NCBI GenBank assembly: GCA_964474085.1 | Contig: CAYYRJ010000010.1 | Location: 12,606-76,605 of the forward strand | Source: an uncultured Planctomycetales bacterium | GTDB lineage: Bacteria > Omnitrophota > Gorgyraeia > Zapsychrales > JANLHA01 | Direction of reading: 5' to 3' | DNA: 64,000 nucleotides | In this document: positions 56,201 to 64,000 of the stretch, in pieces | Numbering within the stretch: the first letter of the stretch is position 1 | How the letters are laid out: every line of letters starts with the position of its first letter | Program-made: the position numbers and the translations under genes | Notes under the pieces: model-generated | What the model was told of the DNA's origin: nothing | Database searches by the model: none | What the model saw: the letters and a program-made list of their open reading frames with translations, nothing else

Positions 56201-56366
56201 ACATGAAATCTGGATTGTCGATTACAAGAGTTCGCGCGAAGGTCATGAAAAATTTGTTGAACAAATCCGGGAATATATTCAGATCGTTGGCGAAATCCAT
56301 GCTCATAAAAAGGTCAGGGGATTTTTGATTTATCTGGATGAAGTGCTCGTCGAGGAAGTCATGTAA
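53211..56366 (+). CDS. AddA/RecB-like UvrD-family helicase with C-terminal PD-(D/E)xK nuclease
   Basis: ASAGSGKT, DEFQDT and VGDKKQAIYGFRGG helicase motifs. C-terminal IDRLIV...IWIVDYKSS nuclease motif. Confidence 0.8.
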   Translation: MPMTKELNEIFTLPQVRVVEASAGSGKTYCLARRYVQLLLHPRFSGDKILLRNILAITFTNKASYAMKGRILEFLKKIALGVMPPTEVKEILTPIDLSLEDAKPVAGRIMDELICRYNFFQVQTIDSFINALLSGCAFKIGLSAGFKIKRNYLEYLEHSFDRMIDQSADDKAIFEILSRFLYQYLFLENKTGWFPKKDMLGLLSALYSQSNTYGRDFLPFGKGGDDLYQRKKEILSLLRDLQTSLPQGTHKRFAESLKDFLAQYQDGFDFDRISEYLSWENVPVTKGVIVSQELDRLWKKIQKQLIFLSEREAYSLFDPYIDVFNQVNDDFHLQAAKDDVLFLPELNRRARELFDEGKVTVEELYYRLANRFQHYLLDEFQDTSRLQWQNLEMMIEEALSVGGTLFYVGDKKQAIYGFRGGEVKLFDEIKQRFGAFNVRVEALSTNYRSQKAIVDLNNQVFSPENLRRFIAQLQEEKSEAAPLGAMDIREVESIFHGAEQKVSDGHDGGYVQIEYVEPTGKGEINEQIRLRLLAVIADLKKRFSLSEIAILTRSNLEVEQITSWLMQNGIFVESERTLNIKENPLIVELIAYLKFLDSPIDNLSFAKFLSGEIFHKVSGLPQQEIHSFLFSHRPALDAKKDFYLYRAFRQQYPFLWDKIFDEFFKNVGLFALYELSTSLFRRLEVYANFPDEHGFFMRFLELVKEKEEEFSDLNSFLEHFEFLENDELFVNVVNSDAIKILTTHKSKGLEFPVVIIPFLAMKVHAASSGGLGQQSYIVDASEDHLKLLRIKKKYLSFSEKLAQVERVQKVQSFISELNNIYVALTRAEHELYAFIPQKIGSSTNILKFLIPPQCLKINHPQEHVQAKERIRENRLSLPVLGDHNWIDFLKEEFVDAASVFRRKELQRGVVLHDFLSRIKNLYKVDKAQAINSALQQCKLQYPQQADWHSFESDIKRIFESRDLEPFFVISDGEVFVEKNLVNSAGFTRRIDRLIVKPHEIWIVDYKSSREGHEKFVEQIREYIQIVGEIHAHKKVRGFLIYLDEVLVEEVM

Positions 56367-59144
56367 ATGGGAAAAATCAAGACGCTGGATTTTGGCGAAA
56401 ATTTTATTAAAGAACTTGTCGATTACCTTGGCGCGAATTATTCGTCGCTGGGCAGGGACTTGAGTCGTTTGGCGGTTGTTTTTGGCGGAAAGCGCCCGAG
56501 CCTTTTTGTCAAACGGGAACTTCAAGAGAAATTAGGGGCAAGTTTTTATCCGCCGCAATTTTTTTCGATGGATGAGCTCGTCAGCTATTTGGCCTGCAAA
56601 CAAGAAATTTTTCACTCCGGGCAGGATTTGGAACAGCATTATTCCTTATACCAGTTAACAAAAACTCATGCGCCCAAAATTTTAAAAGGCCGGGAGGCTT
56701 TTGCGCAGTTTTTGCCGTGGGCCCGCGAAATTTTAAGTTTTATCGACCATGTTGACTTGGAAGATGTTCCCGACGATAAACTGCGCAATATTCAGGCCAA
56801 CGCGCAAATCGGTTATCCGGTGCCGGACGATGTGAACGAACTTTTAGAAAGCATTGTTCTTTTGCGTGGTGCGTATCATAAGCTTATGCACAAGACAAAA
56901 AATTTTTCGCGCGGGTTTCTTTACCGAATTGCCTCGCAGTCTGCCGCAGAGAGTGACCTTTCAGAATTTGATCAGATTATTTTTTGCAATTTCTTCCATT
57001 TTCACCACTGCGAAGCGAAGTTGGTCAAAAGTCTTTATGGCCGCGGTTTGGCGTCTTTTATTTTTCAGGGAGAACAAGAGCTTTGGCCAACTCTCAAACG
57101 GGCCGCAAATCTTTTAGGCGAGCCGATCAGCGAAAAGAAAACTGCGACAACGCCGAAGTTCGAACTTAAGCTTTACTCTGCCTTCGACGGGCATTCGCAA
57201 GTAGCTTGTGTCCGTGAAATTTTAAAGAAAATACCGCATCTTGACCAAACGGTCATTGTCTTGCCGGATCCTAATCATATTATTCCGCTGTTGTCTGAAA
57301 TCAATCCCTTGGTCAAAGAATTTAACATCTCGATGGGGTATCCCTTAAAGCGCAGCTCATTGTATTCGCTGTTGGATTTTATTTTTAAAGCGCAACTTTC
57401 GCGGGACCAGAATGGTTATTATACGCGTGATTTTTTGCGCGTTTTGCGCCATCCCTTGATGAAAAATCTGGATTTTGGAGACGGGGCCGTTGTCTGCAGG
57501 GTTTTGATTCACAAGATCGAAGAAATGTTGACCGGACTGACGCCCGGGGCGCTGACGGGTCATCTTTTTCTTGAGCCTTTAGAATTGTTAGATTTGGAAG
57601 AAATTTATTTGCAAACAGAGCAAACGCTTCTGGGGATGGATATTAAGTTAGAACGCAGCCGCCTGCGTGATATTTTGTCGGTGATGATGCAAACCGCTTT
57701 CGGTCAATGGGAAAGTTTTAATAATTTTGCGCAGTTTTCCGTATGTCTTGACGGTTTGTTGACGTTAATGCTTGAGAAAAGTTTTTTGCGCGCCTATCCG
57801 CTTAATTTAAAGATCGCCGAAAAAATGATTGTCCTTAAGGAAACGATGGAAAGTGTCGGGTTTTGTCGCGAGGTTTTTTCGAAAGAGGATATTTTTAGGA
57901 TTTTTGCCTCTCAAATGGACCGCGAGATTGTTGCCTTTATCGGTTCGCCTCTGAAGGGTCTGCAAATTTTAGGTCTGTTTGAAACGCGGGCGTTGTGTTT
58001 TGAAAACGTGATTGTTTTAGACGCCAATGAAGGCGTTTTGCCCAAACTCAATGTGTACGAGCCTTTGATTCCCCGTGAGGTGATGTTAAGTTTAGGGCTT
58101 GACCGTTTAGAGCAGGAGGAGGAAATTCAGCGTTACCAATTTATGCGGCTTATTTCGTCGGCGAAAGAAGTGCACTTAGTTTACGAGGAGAATGCCAAAA
58201 AAGAAAGAAGTCGTTTTGTTGAAGAGCTTGTCTGGGAAAAGCAAAGGAATAAGGGTGCGCTCGATGCCGTTGCGGTCATTTCTCCAAGCTTTAGCGCCAA
58301 GGTTCTGCCGCGCAAGAATGAAGTTGTCAAGACGCAGGAGATGATTAATTTCTTGAGAAGTTACCGGTATTCGGCATCGAGTCTTAATACATATCTTCGA
58401 AGCCCGCTTGAATTTTATTACAGCCATGTTCTGGGTTTGCGCGAAAAGGAAGATTTGCTCGACGAGCCGGAAAACCGGCAAGTCGGTGTTTTTGTCCATG
58501 GTTTGCTCGAGGAAACGTTTAAGAATTTTATTGGTAAAAAGCCGATTATCGATGAAAAGTTCAAAATGTATTTTCGCAAAGCGTTAGATGAGCGGTTTAA
58601 CAAAAGTTTTGGCAAAGGGCATCAGTCAGACGCTTTTTTGCTGCGAAAAGTCCTCGATGCGCGGCTTGATCGTTTTCTCGACGCGCAAGTCGAAGATTTT
58701 GCCCACGTTAAACAGATTCTTTATATAGAGAAGAAGTTTGAAGATCAGATTGCTTTATCCTGCGGGGTGATGAATTTTGTTTATCGGGTTGACCGGGTCG
58801 ATGAGTTGGAAGATGGGACGGTGATGATTTTAGATTATAAGACTGGCAGTGTCGACCCGATGCCTAAGGCTATCGAAAAGATTGAGGCACTTGAGCTTTC
58901 GCGCGAGAACATTCGCGATGAGGTTGTCTCGTTTCAGATTCCGTTGTACTTTCATTATCTAGATCAAGCTTTTAAGGGAAAAAATATTAATGCGGCGTAC
59001 TATAATTTGCGTACGCTGCAGATAAGCAAGTTTATTGATACCAAAATGACCTTTGACTATGAGCGGATCAACGCTGCTTTTTTGCGTCCCTTAGATTTTA
59101 TTATGACGGAGATTTTGGATATTCAAACTCCATTTCAAGAATAA
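56367..59144 (+). CDS. AddB-like PD-(D/E)xK nuclease subunit (no Walker A, no Cys cluster)
   Basis: Start abuts the AddA-like stop (taaATG). C-terminal VMILDYKTGS motif. Confidence 0.65.
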   Translation: MGKIKTLDFGENFIKELVDYLGANYSSLGRDLSRLAVVFGGKRPSLFVKRELQEKLGASFYPPQFFSMDELVSYLACKQEIFHSGQDLEQHYSLYQLTKTHAPKILKGREAFAQFLPWAREILSFIDHVDLEDVPDDKLRNIQANAQIGYPVPDDVNELLESIVLLRGAYHKLMHKTKNFSRGFLYRIASQSAAESDLSEFDQIIFCNFFHFHHCEAKLVKSLYGRGLASFIFQGEQELWPTLKRAANLLGEPISEKKTATTPKFELKLYSAFDGHSQVACVREILKKIPHLDQTVIVLPDPNHIIPLLSEINPLVKEFNISMGYPLKRSSLYSLLDFIFKAQLSRDQNGYYTRDFLRVLRHPLMKNLDFGDGAVVCRVLIHKIEEMLTGLTPGALTGHLFLEPLELLDLEEIYLQTEQTLLGMDIKLERSRLRDILSVMMQTAFGQWESFNNFAQFSVCLDGLLTLMLEKSFLRAYPLNLKIAEKMIVLKETMESVGFCREVFSKEDIFRIFASQMDREIVAFIGSPLKGLQILGLFETRALCFENVIVLDANEGVLPKLNVYEPLIPREVMLSLGLDRLEQEEEIQRYQFMRLISSAKEVHLVYEENAKKERSRFVEELVWEKQRNKGALDAVAVISPSFSAKVLPRKNEVVKTQEMINFLRSYRYSASSLNTYLRSPLEFYYSHVLGLREKEDLLDEPENRQVGVFVHGLLEETFKNFIGKKPIIDEKFKMYFRKALDERFNKSFGKGHQSDAFLLRKVLDARLDRFLDAQVEDFAHVKQILYIEKKFEDQIALSCGVMNFVYRVDRVDELEDGTVMILDYKTGSVDPMPKAIEKIEALELSRENIRDEVVSFQIPLYFHYLDQAFKGKNINAAYYNLRTLQISKFIDTKMTFDYERINAAFLRPLDFIMTEILDIQTPFQE

Positions 59145-59169
59145 GCAGGGTGCAGGCAAGAAAATAATG

Positions 59170-59197
59170 TTGACAAAGGAAAAGTTAGTCGTATAGT
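59170..59197 (+). promoter_or_regulatory. sigma70-like promoter TTGACA-16-TATAGT
   Basis: Read directly. Drives a ~120-nt non-coding stretch that ends at the 59285-59325 terminator. Confidence 0.4.
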
Positions 59198-59284
59198 TAG
59201 AAACGTTATTAGTTTTTGTTTTATAAAAACATTGAAGTTTTTATAGAAACACATTAGAGCATCGTAGCTTTTTTGGGCATTGTC

Positions 59285-59325
59285 GCCCTCGATCGGGATT
59301 ATTCCTAGTCGAGGGCTTTTTTATT
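59285..59325 (+). terminator. rho-independent terminator
   Basis: Stem gccctcga / tcgagggc followed by ttttttatt. Confidence 0.6.
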
Positions 59326-59404
59326 GACTCGTAAAGAAAGGACGCCTATGAAACAAACTTGTTCTGCGAGAGATATCAACATTCAAATTAAAGGAGGAAC
59401 ATCA

Positions 59405-60208
59405 ATGTTAAAAGTTAAATTTACACAACTGGCAAGTTTAATCGTATTTGCATTCGCAATAATTGTCCTAACCACGACAAAGGTTTTGGCAGAGGATACG
59501 GATGCGCCTAAAACGCTTTTGGGCGATTATCTTAAAGAAAAGGGGATTGAGATCACCTCCGGCGCGACCCTTGATTTTTATGATAAGTATGTTTGGCGCG
59601 GACAGTATTTGGACACTGATCCGGTTGTCCAGCCGGGGATTAGCTTTTCTTCTTACGGAGTTACGCTTGGGTATTGGGGAAGCTTGCCTATGGGTTCGAC
59701 TTCGGACACTTTAAATTCGAGCGAAAGCGATTATTATCTTTCATATTCGCATACTTTTGACCCAGTTACGATTAGCGCCGGTCATACCTGGTATGAGTTT
59801 TCCGGGACGAGTACTTCGTCTAAAGAATTTTATTTTACGCTTGCTGCGGCAACATTATTGTCTCCGACGTTTTCTTTTTATCATGATTATGAAGACGGAA
59901 AGACGCTCAACACCGATAAAAGTGGAAATTATTACTCATTGGCGATTTCGCATAGCGTCCCTTTGATTAAGGAATATAACGTGAGTCTTGAATTAGGTGC
60001 AACCTATGGGTATATCGACGGGCAATGGCTCAGTGGAGAAGGTTCGCATTTGACTCCTACCGTCGGATTAAAGTTGCCGTTAACAGCCAACTTAAGTGTT
60101 ATTCCGACGGTTGGTTATAATTGGACTATGGGTGATTTGGAAGATGAAAATATTGCTAATCAGGAATCCAAGTTTTTTGGCGGCGTCAAAAGTTCATTTA
60201 CTTTCTAA
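59405..60208 (+). CDS. putative outer-membrane beta-barrel protein
   Basis: AAGGAGG RBS at 59390-59397, a signal peptide, alternating amphipathic strands and a C-terminal F. The in-frame ATG at 59348 is less likely. Confidence 0.5.
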   Translation: MLKVKFTQLASLIVFAFAIIVLTTTKVLAEDTDAPKTLLGDYLKEKGIEITSGATLDFYDKYVWRGQYLDTDPVVQPGISFSSYGVTLGYWGSLPMGSTSDTLNSSESDYYLSYSHTFDPVTISAGHTWYEFSGTSTSSKEFYFTLAAATLLSPTFSFYHDYEDGKTLNTDKSGNYYSLAISHSVPLIKEYNVSLELGATYGYIDGQWLSGEGSHLTPTVGLKLPLTANLSVIPTVGYNWTMGDLEDENIANQESKFFGGVKSSFTF

Positions 60209-60228
60209 GCCGATCAAAGAATAGCTTT

Positions 60229-60271
60229 AGGTAAAAAAGCCCTTTATTCTCAAAAGAGTAAAGGGCTTTTT
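60229..60271. terminator. bidirectional rho-independent terminator between convergent genes
   Basis: aaaaaa-agccctttat...gagtaaagggc-ttttt, with A- and T-runs on both sides. Confidence 0.5.
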
Positions 60272-60272
60272 G

Positions 60273-60965
60273 TTAAACGAAAGTGCGGTATCTTATCAAA
60301 GCCCAATACATTTGCAGTGCTTTAGGCCAATCCATCTTTTTGCCATGTTTTTTGTCGCGGGCTTCGTAGCTGATGGGGACTTCGAGGATTTTAAATTTCT
60401 TCTGCAGTAATTTTACGGTCAATTCCGTTTCAAATTCAAACCCGCGCGACTCAATATGAATGTCCTGCAAAACTTCCTTTCGCATGACTTTAAAGCACGT
60501 ATTGACGTCAGTGATGTGGCTGCCGTAAAGTACGTTTAAAGTCCAGCTGCAAAACAGATTCGCCCAACGGTTTAGGAAAGACATGTTTTTAATTTGCCCT
60601 TTGAAGCGTGAGCCGTAAACAATGCTGGTTTTGTTTTGCAGAATAGGTTCAAGCAACGCGCGATAATTGCCCGGATCATATTCAAGATCCGCATCCTGAA
60701 TCAAAATAATATCTCCGCTGGCTTTGCTGATTCCTTTGATAAGTGCAGCCCCCTTGCCTTCATTGAGTTCTTGGAACAAAACGACAAAGGCCGTGGTGCT
60801 TATGAAATTTTGCAATTTGCGCCGGGTCGTATCTGTCGAACCATCGTCGACAACGATGATTTCCCGTGTCAGCCCATCGGCCAGAGGGGCAGCGACAATT
60901 TTTTCAAGAATCGGAATAATCGTGATTTGTTCATTATAAACGGGAACGATGATAGAAATTTTCAT
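60273..60965 (-). CDS. GT2 family glycosyltransferase (polyprenyl-phosphate sugar transferase, DPM1-like)
   Basis: IIVPVYNE...VVDDGSTD...DADLEY motifs. 230 aa with no TM extension. Confidence 0.8.
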   Translation of the reverse strand: MKISIIVPVYNEQITIIPILEKIVAAPLADGLTREIIVVDDGSTDTTRRKLQNFISTTAFVVLFQELNEGKGAALIKGISKASGDIILIQDADLEYDPGNYRALLEPILQNKTSIVYGSRFKGQIKNMSFLNRWANLFCSWTLNVLYGSHITDVNTCFKVMRKEVLQDIHIESRGFEFETELTVKLLQKKFKILEVPISYEARDKKHGKKMDWPKALQMYWALIRYRTFV

Positions 60966-61056
60966 GTGGCCTCAAAAATATACCCTAAAGATTGAAACTC
61001 AGGCAATATAACAAAAATATTTTGTTTTATCGAGTGAGATTTGGCTTTTGTCGGCA

Positions 61057-61084
61057 TTGACTTCTTAGGGTCGTTTTGTATAAT
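61057..61084 (+). promoter_or_regulatory. sigma70-like promoter TTGACT-16-TATAAT
   Basis: Read directly, ~60 nt upstream of the GH5 gene ATG. Confidence 0.45.
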
Positions 61085-61146
61085 GAGGCAGCATTAGACA
61101 AGCCTTCCCTAAATAATATGATCTTACTTGCTAAGGTGCGCATATC

Positions 61147-64000
61147 ATGAACAAGAAATCTTTATTTCTATCCGCTGTTATTTTTTTATCGCTTTCAATT
61201 TCTTCGTTGGTTTCGGCCGGAACAATTTATCAAAATTTTGAACCAGACAATGGGATTCCAATTAATATTTGGAGCCGGACTCTCGAAGGCCGCGCATCGG
61301 TTGTCGATCGCCACGACGGCGTTTACTTAGGACAAAATGCGGCACGATATGAAAGCGGTTGGAACTGGAACGGGTTGGGCATTAACACAACGCCTCAACT
61401 TGTTGATTTTAAACAAGTTAATAATGACCGCTTCACGTTTTGGACGCTGGCGTTTCCTCATGTAACGTGCCAAGTTTGGGGTTGTGATACGGCGGTGGAT
61501 AATAATATCGGGATCAGTTTTCATGACGCTTCTAAATATGCCAATGGCGGGTTTGACGTCTGGACCGTCAAAAAAGCCAAATATAAGCAATGGACTAAAC
61601 TCGATGTTCTCTTTAGCCAATTGCCGCCGGATTTTGATTTGAAGCATATTTCACAAATACAATTTATCAATTATTGGCCGGGAAAATATTATTTAGATGA
61701 TTTTCATGCGGTACGCGAGGATCGTGTTTATCAATCGTTTAATCAGGGCAATCGCAGCGGCACGACCGACAGTGATTACGGCTGGCGATGGAATGACGCT
61801 GACATAGTCGGGTTATCCAAAGACGGTGAGCCGGTCTATGAAGGCAGCCACTCGTGGAAAATGGTTTTAAATGGCAAGTGGGGCGGCGGCGGAATTGCTT
61901 CAGAGCAGCAGAATTATTTTTTTAATAAAGAGACTAAAAGTGCTGAGCAAAGTTTTTGGCACAACAATTTTTTGCCACAAAACAATGACCGGTTGTCTTT
62001 GTGGGTTTATGCCTTGCCCGAAAACGGGATGGATAACAATATCAATATTCAGATTTATGACCACGGGGCTCACTCGACGGATGAAACCAAAGCGCAGGTT
62101 TGGACCAAATTAGCCGCACGCTATGGGCAGTGGACGCAGTTGGAAGTATTGTTTAAAGACCTTCCTGTGGATTTGAATTTAGAGGATATCGACAAAATTC
62201 AGATCCAGGATTATTGGGCGGGGACGTTTTATATTGACGATATTCGCGCAACTGGCCCGCGCTTAAAGATCAGCGAGGCCGCTCTTAAGTCGCTGGCCAA
62301 GGCCATGTGGGACTATGTCCCGGGTACGGATCTTAATGCAAACTTTCGCCTGCAGGAAAGTGTCGACGGCCCCGACGGCCCGTGGGTGACAATTTACAGC
62401 GGAGCTCAATATGAATTTCAGTTAAGCGCTTTGACACCCCGCTGGCTTAGAGTCCGTTGGGAAGAAAATTTTAAAGGAAAAAATTCATTGCCGTATGCTT
62501 CGCCGTGGTCTTTGCCGATCGAGTATAAGCCGCGGCCTGTTTTTTTAAATTATCAGGCACTTACAAACGGTTTTTTGATGTGGGAAAATATATCGCAAAC
62601 AAATTCCCATGAATTGCAACAAGCGTTTTCTCCCGCTGGTCCTTGGACGACGACGTTTAAAGGTCCCCACCAGCCGACGGACCGGTCCAATGCGTTTGTC
62701 GGGTATTGGTATCGTCTGCGTGCGATTAAGGAAACCAACAATCAGATTTCTGATTTTACGCCTTGGAGCCGACCGCAAAAATATGATCCGGGCAAAGGCT
62801 TTGTGAAGGCGGTGGGTACCGCTTTGCGAGGGCAAGACGGTTTGGGCGATGAACTTGTTCTTTCGGGTGTTAATCTGGGCAATGCGTTTTTGATCGAAGA
62901 CTGGATGACCGGTTATGGCCAGGCAGATTCGCCGCCTATCCCCGACGATTGGACATTGCGTCAGGTATTGACCGATCGCTTTGATGCAAACCATGCCGAA
63001 CTTTTGTATCGTCAGCATCAAAATGCGTATCTAAACGATTGGGATTATGATTTTTTGGTAGAAAGTCCATTTACGATGGTGCGCCTGCCAATTTATTATC
63101 GAAATCTGATGGATGACAACGGTAATTTTTTGCTCGACCCGTCTGACCCGAATCTTTTTTATCAAATTGATCGTGTGGTCAATGCGTTTTCTGATCGCGG
63201 GATTTATGTCTTGATCGATTTGCACGGCGCGCCGGGAAGTCAAAACGCCGAATTCCACAGTGGCCGCAAAGATTTTAATAAGCTTTTTGAGCCCAGCCCT
63301 GCCGGAGAAACGTATCGCAACCGCACTGAGAATTTGTGGCGGGAAATAGCCAAACATTATCAAAATAATCCATGGGTGCTAGGCTATGATCTTCTTAATG
63401 AACCAACTGGAGCCCCTACACCGACGGTGCTTGCTGATTTTTATGACCGGTTATACCGTGCGATCCGAGAGGTGGACACCAATCATTTGATTGTGATGGA
63501 AGGGATTTGGGATTGGGATACTTTACCTAACCCGACGGATTATGGTTGGCAAAATGTGAGTTATCAGTTTCATTATTATTGCCCGATGATTGCAGAGCCG
63601 CAAAAGCCGGCAGATCCTCTGCCTGTTATGGGTAAGAGTTGCGCGAATTATGGTTCTATGGCGTCGCGCTTAGAATACCAAAAAGCTTTTATTGATGCGA
63701 AGGTTGCGCAGTCGCGTCAGAATCTTTACAAGGTTCCGGTAATGGTCGGTGAATTTAATGCGTTTGATCAGAAAGAAGTCTGGGAATATTATTTGCAAAC
63801 ATTTAATGCGCAAAAGTGGAGTTGGGCGGTTTGGTCACTCAAAGACCATGCGAGCCCGTCGAATTGGGGTTTATTTAACCATGCGCATTACGATTTGCCA
63901 TTGCCAAGATTCCGCGCTATTGAGGCGGATGGTTCCGCCGGAGATTCGTTTTCAACACTTCTTGCGAAAGTTCAGCGATATGCTACCGGCGAGTATCATG
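61147..64000 (+). CDS. secreted GH5 glycoside hydrolase with two N-terminal CBM-like beta-sandwich modules; 3' end beyond window
   Basis: Translated by hand; the frame stays open to the window end (not in the ORF track). Signal peptide MNKKSLFLSAVIFLSLSISSLVSA. Two repeats end in Y..DDF/YIDDI. GH5 core has LIDLHGAPGSQN, LLNEP (acid/base) and VGEFN (nucleophile). Confidence 0.75.
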   Translation, partial: MNKKSLFLSAVIFLSLSISSLVSAGTIYQNFEPDNGIPINIWSRTLEGRASVVDRHDGVYLGQNAARYESGWNWNGLGINTTPQLVDFKQVNNDRFTFWTLAFPHVTCQVWGCDTAVDNNIGISFHDASKYANGGFDVWTVKKAKYKQWTKLDVLFSQLPPDFDLKHISQIQFINYWPGKYYLDDFHAVREDRVYQSFNQGNRSGTTDSDYGWRWNDADIVGLSKDGEPVYEGSHSWKMVLNGKWGGGGIASEQQNYFFNKETKSAEQSFWHNNFLPQNNDRLSLWVYALPENGMDNNINIQIYDHGAHSTDETKAQVWTKLAARYGQWTQLEVLFKDLPVDLNLEDIDKIQIQDYWAGTFYIDDIRATGPRLKISEAALKSLAKAMWDYVPGTDLNANFRLQESVDGPDGPWVTIYSGAQYEFQLSALTPRWLRVRWEENFKGKNSLPYASPWSLPIEYKPRPVFLNYQALTNGFLMWENISQTNSHELQQAFSPAGPWTTTFKGPHQPTDRSNAFVGYWYRLRAIKETNNQISDFTPWSRPQKYDPGKGFVKAVGTALRGQDGLGDELVLSGVNLGNAFLIEDWMTGYGQADSPPIPDDWTLRQVLTDRFDANHAELLYRQHQNAYLNDWDYDFLVESPFTMVRLPIYYRNLMDDNGNFLLDPSDPNLFYQIDRVVNAFSDRGIYVLIDLHGAPGSQNAEFHSGRKDFNKLFEPSPAGETYRNRTENLWREIAKHYQNNPWVLGYDLLNEPTGAPTPTVLADFYDRLYRAIREVDTNHLIVMEGIWDWDTLPNPTDYGWQNVSYQFHYYCPMIAEPQKPADPLPVMGKSCANYGSMASRLEYQKAFIDAKVAQSRQNLYKVPVMVGEFNAFDQKEVWEYYLQTFNAQKWSWAVWSLKDHASPSNWGLFNHAHYDLPLPRFRAIEADGSAGDSFSTLLAKVQRYATGEYH

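Noticed and set aside
59348-59404. Earlier in-frame ATG (MKQTCSAR...) as OMP start
   Set aside because: It would give an implausibly long charged pre-signal region. The ATG at 59405 has a perfect AAGGAGG RBS and a normal signal peptide.

Overview
The window is a gene-dense bacterial chromosomal segment of about 55 protein-coding genes. Nearly all are on the + strand, in tightly coupled operons with many ATGA or short start/stop overlaps. No rRNA, tRNA or CRISPR array was recognised. The organism appears to be a diderm bacterium, since TolC-like OEP, secretin, BON/OsmY-like, Blc lipocalin and OMP-like genes are present; I cannot place it taxonomically from sequence alone.

Content groups, in order along the window:
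- 1-4.8 kb: two SNase-like genes, an AT-rich esterase gene flanked by iteron-like repeats, a Zn-dependent alcohol dehydrogenase, a decayed SDR pseudogene and a TetR regulator.
- 4.9-10.9 kb: an osmoadaptation operon made of a transmembrane sensor-HAMP-OtsA fusion, MscS, OtsB and a GH15 glycosidase.
- 11-16 kb: a CPA-type antiporter, an archaeal-type PEP carboxylase, UvdE, a SnoaL-like protein and Blc lipocalin.
- 15.9-20.8 kb: ArsR, an OEP and an RND pump with no adjacent adaptor gene.
- 20.9-26.8 kb: a GAF histidine kinase, DbpA helicase and a P2-type Ca-ATPase.
- 26.8-30.4 kb: a stress signalling cluster (YbaN, soluble HK, FixJ-type RR, single REC, UPF0391, a triple-BON OsmY-like protein and an entericidin-like lipoprotein). 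Two of these are small ORFs absent from the supplied ORF track.
- 30.6-38.5 kb: the most unusual locus. GtrA is followed by three translationally coupled giant multi-domain genes: a six-hairpin glycosidase-like protein, an acyl-ACP-synthetase C-terminal remnant fused to ACP and an LPLAT acyltransferase, and a GT4 glycosyltransferase fused to an AlkP/NPP-type phosphodiesterase and an EEP phosphoesterase. I propose this as a candidate, previously undescribed membrane-lipid/glycolipid remodelling system.
- 38.5-43.4 kb: CoA-disulfide reductase-rhodanese, a split YeeE/YedE, a PCP-motif P1B ATPase and Ogt.
- 43.4-46.3 kb: MATE and CNNM genes bracketed by two inverted copies of a ~90-bp palindromic repeat.
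- 46.4-53.1 kb: RsmB-like methyltransferase, YwqK/MORN, CPBP-TPR protease, a short secretin, a DsbA-like protein lacking CxxC, a TPR protein and archaemetzincin.
- 53.2-59.1 kb: an AddA/AddB-like helicase-nuclease pair.
- 59.2-64 kb: a candidate sRNA or leader, an OMP-like gene, a GT2 gene on the - strand, and a large secreted GH5 with CBM-like modules that runs off the 3' end of the window and is not in the ORF track.
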